From the human T2T-CHM13v2.0 reference genome, Homo sapiens: DNA of 64,000 nt. The notes under the pieces are model-generated. The model had not been told where the DNA came from. It saw only the letters and a list, made by a program, of their open reading frames with translations, and searched no databases. Each line of letters begins with the position of its first letter. Positions within the stretch are counted from its first letter, which is position 1. A program made the translations under genes and the position numbers. Shown here one piece after another: positions 50,884 to 62,300 of this stretch. The stretch lies in NCBI RefSeq assembly GCF_009914755.1, contig NC_060925.1; one strand, written 5' to 3'.

Positions 50884-51563
50884 GAATTCTCAGTAACTTC
50901 CTTGTGTTGTGTGTATTCAACTGACAGAGTTGAACTTTCATTTAGAGAGAGCAGATTTGAAACACTGTTTTTGTGGAATTTGCAAGTGGAGATTTCAAGC
51001 GCTTTCGGGCCAAAGGCAGAAAGGGAAATATCTTCGTATAAAAACTAGACAGAATCATTCTCAGAAACTGCTGCGTGATGTGTGCGTTCAACTCTCAGAG
51101 TTTAACTTTTCTTTTCATTCAGCGGTTTGGAAACACTCTGTTTGTAAAGTCTGCACGTGGATATTTTGACCACTTAGAGGCCTTCGTTGGAAACGGGTTT
51201 TTTTCATGTAAGGCTAGACAGAAGAATTCCCAGTAACTTCCTTGTGTTGTGTGCATTCAACTCACAGAGTTGAACGTTCCCTTAGACAGAGCAGATTTGA
51301 AACACTCTATTTGTGCAATTTGCAAGTGTAGATTTCAAGCGCTTTAAGGTCAACGGCAGAAAAGGAAATATCTTGGTTTCAAAACTAGACAGAATCATTC
51401 CCACAAACTGCGTTGTGATGTGTTCGTTCAACTCACAGAGTTTAACCTTTCTGTTCATGGAGCAGTTAGGAAACACTCTGTTTGTAAAGTCTGCAAGTGG
51501 ATATTCAGACCTCCTAGAGGCCTTCGTTGGAAACGGGATTTCTTCATATTCTGCTAGACAGAA
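50884..51563 (+). repeat. Shortest HOR variant: 4-monomer (680-bp) unit with a chimeric Y dimer
   Basis: The X blocks at 50909 and 51589 are only 680 bp apart. The intervening Y ends in generic CTGCAAGTGGATATTCAGACCTCCTAGAGGCC instead of the Y-specific CTGTAAGTGGATATTCTGACATCTTGTGGCC. Confidence 0.9.
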
Positions 51564-54500
51564 GAATTCTCAGTAACTTCCTTGTGTTGTGTGTATTCAA
51601 CTGACAGAGTTGAACTATCATTTAGAGAGAGCAGATTTGAAACACTGTTTTTGTGGAATTTGCAAGTGGAGATTTCAAGCGCTTTGGGGCCAAAGGCAGA
51701 AAAGGAAATATCTTCGTATAAAAACTAGACAGAATCATTCTCAGAAACTGCTGCGTGATGTGTGCGTTCAACTCTCAGAGTTTAACTTTTCTTTTCATTC
51801 AGCGGTTTGGAAACACTCTGTTTGTAAAGTCTGCACGTGGAAATTTTGACCACTTAGAGGCCTTCGTTGGAAACGGGTTTTTTTCATGTAAGGCTAGACA
51901 GAAGAATTCCCAGTAACTTCCTTGTGTTGTGTGCATTCAACTCACAGAGTTGAACGTTCCCTTAGACAGAGCAGATTTGAAACACTCTATTTGTGCAATT
52001 TGCAAGTGTAGATTTCAAGCGCTTTAAGGTCAACGGCAGAAAAGGAAATATCTTCGTTTCAAAACTAGACAGAATCATTCCCACAAACTGCGTTGTGATG
52101 TGTTCGTTCAACTCACAGAGTTTAACCTTTCTGTTCATAGAGCAGTTAGGAAACACTCTGTTTGTAAAGTCTGTAAGTGGATATTCTGACATCTTGTGGC
52201 CTTCGTTGGAAACGGGATTTCTTCATATTCTGCTAGACAGAAGAATTCTCAGTAACTTCCTTGTGTTGTGTGTATTCAACTCACAGAGTTGAACGATCCT
52301 TTACACAGAGCAGACTTGAAACACTCTTTTTGTGGAATTTGCAAGTGGAGATTTCAGCCGCTTTGAGGTCAATGGTAGAAAAGGAAACTATCTTCATATA
52401 AAGACTAGACAGAATGATTCTCATAAACTCCTTTGTGATGTGTGCGTTCAACTCACAAAGTTTAACTTTTCTTTTCATAGAGCAGTTAGGAAACACTCTG
52501 TTTGTAAAGTCTGCAAGTGGATATTCAGACCTCTTTGAGGCCTTCGTTGGAAACGGGATTTCCTCATATTATGCAAGACAGAATAATTCTCAGTAACTTC
52601 CTTGTGTTGTGTGTATTCAACTCACAGAGTTGAACGATCCTTTACACAGAGCAGACTTGAAACATTCTTTTTGTGGAATTTGCAACTGGAGATTTCAGCC
52701 GCTTTGAGGTCAATGGTAGAATAGGAAATATCTTCATATAGAAACTAGACAGAACGATTCTCAGAAACTCCTTTGTGATGTGTGCGTTCAACTCACAGAG
52801 TTCAACTTTTCTTTTCATAGAGCCGTTAGGAAACACTCTGTTTGTAAAGTCTGCAAGTGGATATTCAGACCTCTTTGAGGCCTTCATTAGAAACGGGATT
52901 TCTTCCTATTCTGCTAGACAGAAGAATTCTCAGTAACTTCCTTGTGTTGTGTGTATTCAACTCACAGAGTTGAACGATCCTTTACACAGAGCAGACTTGA
53001 AACACTCTTTTTGTGGAATTTGCAAGTGGAGATTTCAGCCGCTTTGGGGTCAATAGTAGAAAAGGAAATATCTTCGTAGAAAAACTAGACAGAATGATTC
53101 TCAGAAACTCCTTTGTGATGTGTGCGTTCAACTCACAGAGTTTAACTTTTCTTTTCATAGAGCAGTTAGGAAACACTCTGTTTGTAAAGTCTGCAAGTGG
53201 ATATTCAGACCTCTTTGAGACCTTCGTTGGAAACGGGATTTCTTCATATTCTGCTAGACAGAAGAATTCTCAGTAACTTCCTTGTGTTGTGTGTATTCAA
53301 CTGACAGAGTTGAACTTTCATTTAGAGAGAGCAGATTTGAAACACTGTTTTTGTGGAATTTGCAAGTGGAGATTTCAAGCGCTTTGGGGCCAAAGGCAGA
53401 AAAGGAAATATCTTCGTATAAAAACTAGACAGAATCATTCTCAGAAACTGCTGCGTGATGTGTGCGTTCAACTCTCAGAGTTTAACTTTTCTTTTCATTC
53501 AGCGGTTTGGAAACACTCTGTTTGTAAAGTCTGCACGTGGAAATTTTGACCACTTAGAGGCCTTCGTTGGAAACGGGTTTTTTTCATGTAAGGCTAGACA
53601 GAAGAATTCCCAGTAACTTCCTTGTGTTGTGTGCATTCAACTCACAGAGTTGAACGTTCCCTTAGACACAGCAGATTTGAAACACTCTATTTGTGCAATT
53701 TGCAAGTGTAGTTTTCAAGCTCTTTAAGGTCAACGGCAGAAAAGGAAATATCTTGGTTTCAAAACTAGACAGAATCATTCCCACAAACTGCGTTGTGATG
53801 TGTTCGTTCAACTCACAGAGTTTAACCTTTCTGTTCATAGAGCAGTTAGGAAACACTCTGTTTGTAAAGTCTGTAAGTGGATATTCTGACATCTTGTGGC
53901 CTTCGTTGGAAACGGGATTTCTTCATATTCTGCTAGACAGAAGAATTCTCAGTAACTTCCTTGTGTTGTGTGTATTCAACTCACAGAGTTGAACGATCCT
54001 TTACACAGAGCAGACTTGAAACATTCTTTTTGTGGAATTTGCAAGTGGAGATTTCAGCCGCTTTGAGGTCAATGGTAGAATAGGAAATATCTTCCTATAG
54101 AAACTAGACAGAACGATTCTCAGAAACTCCTTTGTGATGTGTGCGTTCAACTCACAGAGTTTAACCTTTCTTTTCATAGAGCAGTTAGGAAACACTCTGT
54201 TTGAAAAGTCTGCAAGTGGATATTCAGACCTCTTTGAGGCCTTCGTTGGAAACGGGATTTCTTCATATTCTGCTAGACAGAAGAATTCTCAGTAACTTCC
54301 TTGTGTTGTGTGTATTCAACTCACAGAGTTGAACGATCCTTTACACAGAGCAGACTTGAAACACTCTTTTTGTGGAATTTGCAAGTGGAGATTTCAGCCG
54401 CTTTGAGGTCAATAGTAGAAAAGGAAATATCTTCGGAGAAAAACTAGACAGAATGATTCTCAGAAACTCCTTTGTGATGTGTGGGTTCAACTCACAGAGT

Positions 54501-56349
54501 TTAACCTTTCTTTTTCATAGAGCAGTTAGGAAACACTCTGTTTGTAAAGTCTGCAAGTGGATATTCAGACCTCCTTGAGGCCTTCGTTGGAAACGGGATT
54601 TCTTCATATTCTGCTAGACAGAAGAATTCTCAGTAACTTCCTTGTGTTGTGTTTATTCAACTCACAGAGTTGAATGATCCTTTACACAGAGCAGACTTGA
54701 AACACTCTTTTTGTGGAATTTGCAAGTGGAGATTTCAGCCGCTTTGCGGTCAATGGTAGAAAAGTAAATATCTTCGTATAAAGACTAGACAGAATGATTC
54801 TCAGAAACTCCTTTGTGATGTGTGCGTTCAACTCACAGAGTTTAACCTTTCTGTTCATAGAGCTGTTAGGAAACACTCTGTTTGTAAAGTCTGCAAGTGG
54901 ATATTCAGACCTCCTTGAGGCCTTCGTTGGAAACGGGATTTCTTCATATTCTGCTAGACAGAAGAATTCTCAGTTACTTCCTTGTGTTGTGTGTATTCAA
55001 CTCACAGAGTTGAACGATCCTTTACACAGAGCAGACTTCAAACACTCTTTTTATGGAATTTGCAAGTGGAGATTTCAGCCGCTTTGAGGTCAATGGTAGA
55101 AAAGGAAATATCTTCGTATAAAGACTAGACAGAATGATTCTCAGAAACTCCTTTGTGATGTGTGCGTTCAACTCACAGAGTTTCACTTTTCTTTTCATAG
55201 AGCAGTTAGGAATCACTCTGTTTGTAAAGTCTGCAAGTGGATATTCAGACCTCTTTGAGGCCTTCGGTGGAAACGGGATTTCTTCATATTATGCTAGACA
55301 GAAGAATTCTCAGTAACTTCCTTGTGTTGTGTGTATTCAACTCACAGAGTTGAAAGATCCTTTACAGAGAGCAGGCTTGAAACACTCTTTTTGTCGAATT
55401 TGCAAGTGGAGATTTCAGCCGCTTTGAGGTCAATGGTAGAATAGGAAATATCTTCTTATAGAAACTAGACAGAATGATTCTCATGAACTCCTTTGTGATG
55501 TGTGCGTTCAACTCACAGAGTTTAACCTTTCTTTTCATAGAGCAGTTAGGAAACACTCTGTTTGTAAAGTCTGCAAGTGGATATTCAGACCTCCTTGAGG
55601 CCTTCGTTGGAAACGGGATTTCTTCATATTCTGCTAGACAGAAGAATTCTCAGTAACTTCCTTGAGTTGTGTTTATTCAACTCACAGAGTTGAATGATCC
55701 TTTACACAGAGCAGACTTGAAACACTCTTTTTGTGGAAATTGCAAGTGGAGATTTCAGCCGCTTTGAGGTCAATGGTAGAAAAGTAAATATCTTCGTATA
55801 AAGACTAGACAGAATGATTCTCAGAAACTCCTTTGTGATGTGTGTGTTCAACTCACAGAGTTTAACCTTTCTTTTCATAGAGCAGTTAGTAAACACTCTG
55901 TTTATAAAGTCTGCAAGTGGATATTCAGGCCCCTTTGAGGCCTTCGTTAGAAACGGGATTTCTTCATATTATGCTAGACAGAAGAATTCTCAGTAACTTC
56001 CTTCTGTTGTGTGTATTCAACTGACAGAGTTGAACTTTCATTTAGAGAGAGCAGATTTGAAACACTGTTTTTGTGGAATTTGCAAGTGGAGATTTCAAGC
56101 GCTTTGGGGCCAAAGGCAGAAAAGGAAATATCTTCGTATAAAAACTAGACAGAATCATTCTCAGAAACTGCTGCGTGATGTGTGCGTTCAACTCTCAGAG
56201 TTTAACTTTTCTTTTGATTCAGCGGTTTGGAAACACTCAGTTTGTAAAGTCTGCACGTGGATATTTTGACCACTTAGAGGCCTTCGTTGGAAACGGGTTT
56301 TTTTCATGTAAGGCTAGACAGAAGAATTCCCAGTAACTTCCTTGTTTTG

Positions 56350-59300
56350 TGTGCATTCAACTCACAGAGTTGAACGTTCCCTTAGACAGAGCAGATTTGA
56401 AACACTCTATTTGTGCAATTTGCAAGTGTAGATTTCAAGCGCTTTAAGGTCAACGGCAGAAAAGGAAATATCTTCGTTTCAAAACTAGACAGAATCATTC
56501 CCACAAACTGCGTTGTGATGTGTTCGTTCAACTCACAGAGTTTAACCTTTCTGTTCATAGAGCAGTTAGGAAACACTCTGTTTGTAAAGTCTGTAAGTGG
56601 ATATTCTGACATCTTGTGGCCTTCGTTGGAAACGGGATTTCTTCATATTCTGCTAGACAGAAGAATTCTCAGTAACTTCCTTGTGTTGTGTGTATTCAAC
56701 TCACAGAGTTGAACGATCCTTTACACAGAGCAGACTTGAAACACTCTTTTTGTGGAATTTGCAAGTGGAGATTTCAGCCGCTTTGAGGTCAATGGTAGAA
56801 AAGGAAACTATCTTCATATAAAGACTAGACAGAATGATTCTCAGAAAATCTTTTGTGATGTGTGCGTTCAACTCACAGAGTTTAACTTTTCTTCTCATAG
56901 AGCAGTTAGGAAACACTCTGTTTGTAAAGTCTGCAAGTGGATATTCAGACCTCTTTGAGGCCTTCGTTGGAAACGGGATTTCTTCATATTATGCTAGACA
57001 GAATAATTCTCAGTAACTTCCTTGTGTTGTGTGTATTCAACTCACAGAGTTGAAGGATCCTTTACAGAGAGCAGGCTTGAAACACTCTTTTTGTCGAATT
57101 TGCAAGTGGAGATTTCAGCCGCTTTGAGGTCAATGGTAGAATAGGAAATATCTTCTTATAGAAACTAGACAGAATGATTCTCATAAACTCCTTTGTGATG
57201 TGTGCGTTCAACTCACAGAGTTTAACCTTTCTTTTCATAGAGCAGTTAGGAAACACTCTGTTTGAAAAGTCTGCAAGTGGATATTCAGACCTCCTTGAGG
57301 CCTTCGTTGGAAACGGGATTTCTTCATATTCTGCTAGACAGAAGAATTCTCAGTAACTTCCTTGTGTTGTGTTTATTCAACTCACAGAGTTGAATGATCC
57401 TTTACACAGAGCAGACTTGAAACACTCTTTTTGTGGAATTTGCAAGTGGAGATTTCAGCCGCTTTGAGGTCAATGGTAGAAAAGTAAATATCTTCGTATA
57501 AAGACTAGACAGAATGATTCTCAGAAACTCCTTAGTGATGTGTGCGTTCAACTCACAGAGTTTAACCTTTCTGTTCATAGAGCAGTTAGGAAACACTCTG
57601 TTTGTAAAGTCTGCAAGTGGATATTCAGACCTCCTTGAGGCCTTCGTTGGAAACGGGATTTCTTCATATTCTGCTAGACAGAAGAATTCTCAGTAACTTC
57701 CTTGTGTTGTGTGTATTCAACTCACAGAGTTGAACGATCCTTTACACAGAGCAGACTTGAAACACTCTTTTTGTGGAATTTGCAAGTGGAGATTTCAGCC
57801 GCTTTGAGGTCAATAGTAGAAAGGAAATATCTTCGTAGAAAAACTAGACAGAATGATTCTCAGAAACTCCTTTGTGATGTGTGTGTTCAACTCACAGAGT
57901 TTAACCTTTCTTTTCATAGAGCAGTTAGTAAACACTCTGTTTATAAAGTCTGCAAGTGGATATTCAGACCCCTTTGAGGCCTTCGTTGGAAACGGGATTT
58001 CTTCATATTATGCTAGACAGAAGAATTCTCAGTAACTTACTTGTGTTGTGTGTATTCAACTGACAGAGTTGAACTTTCATTTAGAGAGAGCAGATTTGAA
58101 ACACTGTTTTTGTGGAATTTGCAAGTGGAGATTTCAAGCGCTTTGGGGCCAAAGGCAGAAAAGGAAATATCTTCGTATAAAAACTAGACAGAATCATTCT
58201 CAGAAACTGCTGCGTGATGTGTGCGTTCAACTCTCAGAGTTTAACTTTTCTTTTCATTCAGCGGTTTGGAAACACTCTGTTTGTAAAGTTTGCACGTGGA
58301 TATTTTGACCACTTAGAGGCCTTCGTTGGAAACGGGTTTTTTTCATGTAAGGCTAGACAGAAGAATTCCCAGTAACTTCCTTGTGTTGTGTGCATTCAAC
58401 TCACAGAGTTGAACGTTCCCTTAGACAGAGCAGATTTGAAACAGCCTATTTGTGCAATTTGCAAGTGTAGATTTCAAGCGCTTTAAGGTCAACGGCAGAA
58501 AAGGAAATATCTTCGTTTCAAAACTAGACAGAATCATTCCCACAAACTGCGTTGTGATGTGTTCGTTCAACTCACAGAGTTTAACCTTTCTGTTCATAGA
58601 GGAGTTAGGAAACACTCTGTTTGTAAAGTCTGTAAGTGGATATTCTGACATCTTGTGGCCTTCGTTGGAAACGGGATTTCTTCATATTCTGCTAGACAGA
58701 AGAATTCTCAGTAACTTCCTTGTGTTGTGTGTATTCAACTCACAGAGTTGAACGATCCTTTACACAGAGCAGACTTGAAACACTCTTTTTGTGGAATTTG
58801 CAAGTGGAGATTTCAGCCGCTTTGAGGTCAATGGTAGAAAAGGAAACTATCTTCATATAAAGACTAGACAGAATGATTCTCAGAAAATCTTTTGTGATGT
58901 GTGCGTTCAACTCACAGAGTTTAACTTTTCTTCTCATAGAGCAGTTAGGAAACACTCTGTTTGTAAAGTCTGCAAGTGGATATTCAGACCACTTTGAGGC
59001 CTTCGTTGGAAACGGGATTTCTTCATATTATGCTAGACAGAATAATTCTCAGTAACTTCCTTGTGTTGTGTGTATTCAACTCACAGAGTTGAAGGATCCT
59101 TTACAGAGAGCAGGCTTGAAACACTCTTTTTGTCGAATTTGCAAGTGGAGATTTCAGCCGCTTTGAGGTCAATGGTAGAATAGGAAATATCTTCTTATAG
59201 AAACTAAACAGAATGATTCTCATAAACTCCTTTGTGATGTGTGCGTTCAACTCACAGAGTTTAACCTTTCTTTTCATAGAGCAGTTAGGAAACACTCTGT

Positions 59301-62300
59301 TTGTAAAGTCTGCAAGTGGATATTCAGACCTCCTTGAGGCCTTCGTTGGAAACGGGATTTCTTCATATTCTGCTAGACAGAAGAATTCTCAGTAACTTCA
59401 TTGTGTTGTGTTTATTCAACTCACAGAGTTGAATGATCCTTTACACAGAGCAGACTTGAAACACTCTTTTTGTGGAATTTGCAAGTGGAGATTTCAGCCG
59501 CTTTGAGGTCAATGGTAGAAAAGTAAATATCTTCGTATAAAGACTAGACAGAATGATTCTCAGAAACTCCTTTGTGATGTGTGCGTTCAACTCACAGAGT
59601 TTAACCTTTCTGTTCATAGAGCAGTTAGGAAACACTCTGTTTGTAAAGTCTGCAAGTGGATATTCAGACCTCCTTGAGGCCTTCGTTGGAAACGGGATTT
59701 CTTCATATTCTGCTAGACAGAAGAATTCTTAGTAACTTCCTTGTGTTGTGTGTATTCAACTCAGAGTTGAACGATCCTTTACACAGAGCAGACTTGAAAC
59801 ACTCTTTTTGTGGAATTTGCAAGTGGAGATTTCAGCCGCTTTGAGGTCAATGGTAGAATAGGAAATATCCTCCTATAGAAACTAGACAGAATGATTCTCA
59901 GAAACTCCTTTGTGATGTGTGCGTTCAACTCACAGAGTTTACCCTTTCTTTTCATAGAGCAGTTAGGAAACACTCTGTTTGTAAAGTCTGCAAGTGGATA
60001 TTCAGACCTCTTTGAGGCCTTCGTTGGAAACGGGATTTCTTCCTATTCTGCTAGACAGAATAAATCTCAGTAACTTCCTTGTGTTGTGTGTATTCAACTC
60101 ACAGAGTTGAACGATCCTTTACACAGAGCAGACTTGAAACACTCTTTTTGTGGAATTTGCAAGTGGAGATTTCAGCCGCTTTGAGGTCAATAGTAGAAAA
60201 GGAAATATCTTCGTAGAAAAACTAGACAGAATGATTCTCATAAACTCCTTTGTGATGTGTGTGTTCAACTCACAGAGTTTAACCTTTCTTTTCATAGAGC
60301 AGTTAATAAACACTCTGTTTATAAAGTCTGCAAGTGGATATTCAGACCCCTTTGAGGCCTTCGTTGGAAACGGGATTTCTTCATATTATGCTAGACAGAA
60401 GAATTCTCAGTAACTTCCTTGTGTTGTGTGTATTCAACTGACAGAGTTGAACTTTCATTTAGAGAGAGCAGATTTGAAACACTGTTTTTGTGGAATTTGC
60501 AAGTGGAGATTTCAAGCGCTTTGGGGCCAAAGGCAGAAAAGGAAATATCTTCGTATAAAAACTAGACAGAATCATTCTCAGAAACTGCTGCGTGATGTGT
60601 GCGATCAACTCTCAGAGTTTAACTTTTCTTTTCATTCAGCGGTTTGGAAACACTCTGTTTGTAAAGTCTGCACGTGGATATTTTGACCACTTAGAGGCCT
60701 TCGTTGGAAACGGGTTTTCTTCATGTAAGGCTAGACAGAAGAATTCCCAGTAACTTCCTTGTGTTGTGTGCATTCAACTCACAGAGTTGAACGTTCCCTT
60801 AGACAGAGCAGATTTGAAACACTCTATTTGTGCAATTTGCAAGTGTAGATTTCAAGCGCTTTAAGGTCAACGGCAGAAAAGGAAATATCTTCGTTTCAAA
60901 ACTAGACAGAATCATTCCCACAAACTGCGTTGTGATGTGTTCGTTCAACTCACAGAGTTTAACCTTTCTGTTCATAGAGCAGTTAGGAAACACTCTGTTT
61001 GTAAAGTCTGTAAGTGGATATTCTGACATCTTGTGGCCTTCGTTGGAAACGGGATTTCTTCATATTCTGCTAGACAGAAGAATTCTCAGTAACTTCCTTG
61101 TGTTGTGTGTATTCAACTCACAGAGTTGAACGATCCTTTACACAGAGCAGACTTGAAACACTCTTTTTGTGGAATTTGCAAGTGGAGATTTCAGCCGCTT
61201 TGAGGTCAATGGTAGAAAAGGAAACTATCTTCATATAAAGACTAGACAGAATGATTCTCAGAAAATCTTTTGTGATGTGTGCGTTCAACTCACAGAGTTT
61301 AACTTTTCTTCTCATAGAGCAGTTAGGAAACACTCTGTTTGTAAAGTCTGCAAGTGGATATTCAGACCTCTTTGAGGCCTTCGTTGGAAACGGGATTTCT
61401 TCATATTATGCTAGACAGAATAATTCTCAGTAACTTCCTTGTGTTGTGTGTATTCAACTCACAGAGTTGAAGGATCCTTTACAGAGAGCAGGCTTGAAAC
61501 ACTCTTTTTGTCGAATTTGCAAGTGGAGATTTCAGCCGCTTTGAGGTCAATGGTAGAATAGGAAATATCTTCTTATAGAAACTAGACAGAATGATTCTCA
61601 TAAACTCCTTTGTGATGTGTGCGTTCAACTCACAGAGTTTAACCTTTCTTTTCATAGAGCAGTTAGGAAACACTCTGTTTGAAAAGTCTGCAAGTGGATA
61701 TTCAGACCTCCTTGAGGCCTTCGTTGGAAACGGGATTTCTTCATATTCTGCTAGACAGAAGAATTCTCAGTAACTTCCTTGTGTTGTGTTTATTCAACTC
61801 ACAGAGTTGAATGATCCTTTACACAGAGCAGACTTGAAACACTCTTTTTGTGGAATTTGCAAGTGGAGATTTCAGCCGCTTTGAGGTCAATGGTAGAAAA
61901 GTAAATATCTTCGTATAAAGACTAGACAGAATGATTCTCAGAAACTCCTTAGTGATGTGTGCGTTCAACTCACAGAGTTTAACCTTTCTGTTCATAGAGC
62001 AGTTAGGAAACACTCTGTTTGTAAAGTCTGCAAGTGGATATTCAGACCTCCTTGAGGCCTTCGTTGGAAACGGGATTTCTTCATATTCTGCTAGACAGAA
62101 GAATTCTCAGTAACTTCCTTGTGTTGTGTGTATTCAACTCACAGAGTTGAACGATCCTTTACACAGAGCAGACTTGAAACACTCTTTTTGTGGAATTTGC
62201 AAGTGGAGATTTCAGCCGCTTTGAGGTCAATAGTAGAAAGGAAATATCTTCGTAGAAAAACTAGACAGAATGATTCTCAGAAACTCCTTTGTGATGTGTG

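Noticed and set aside
160-59763. Small indels (4-bp deletion ~161, 1-bp ~1139, 2-bp ~2363, +1 ~5908 and ~54515, 2-bp ~59763)
   Set aside because: All are at homopolymers or dinucleotide microhomologies and are mostly single-copy, consistent with ordinary slippage or sequencing error.
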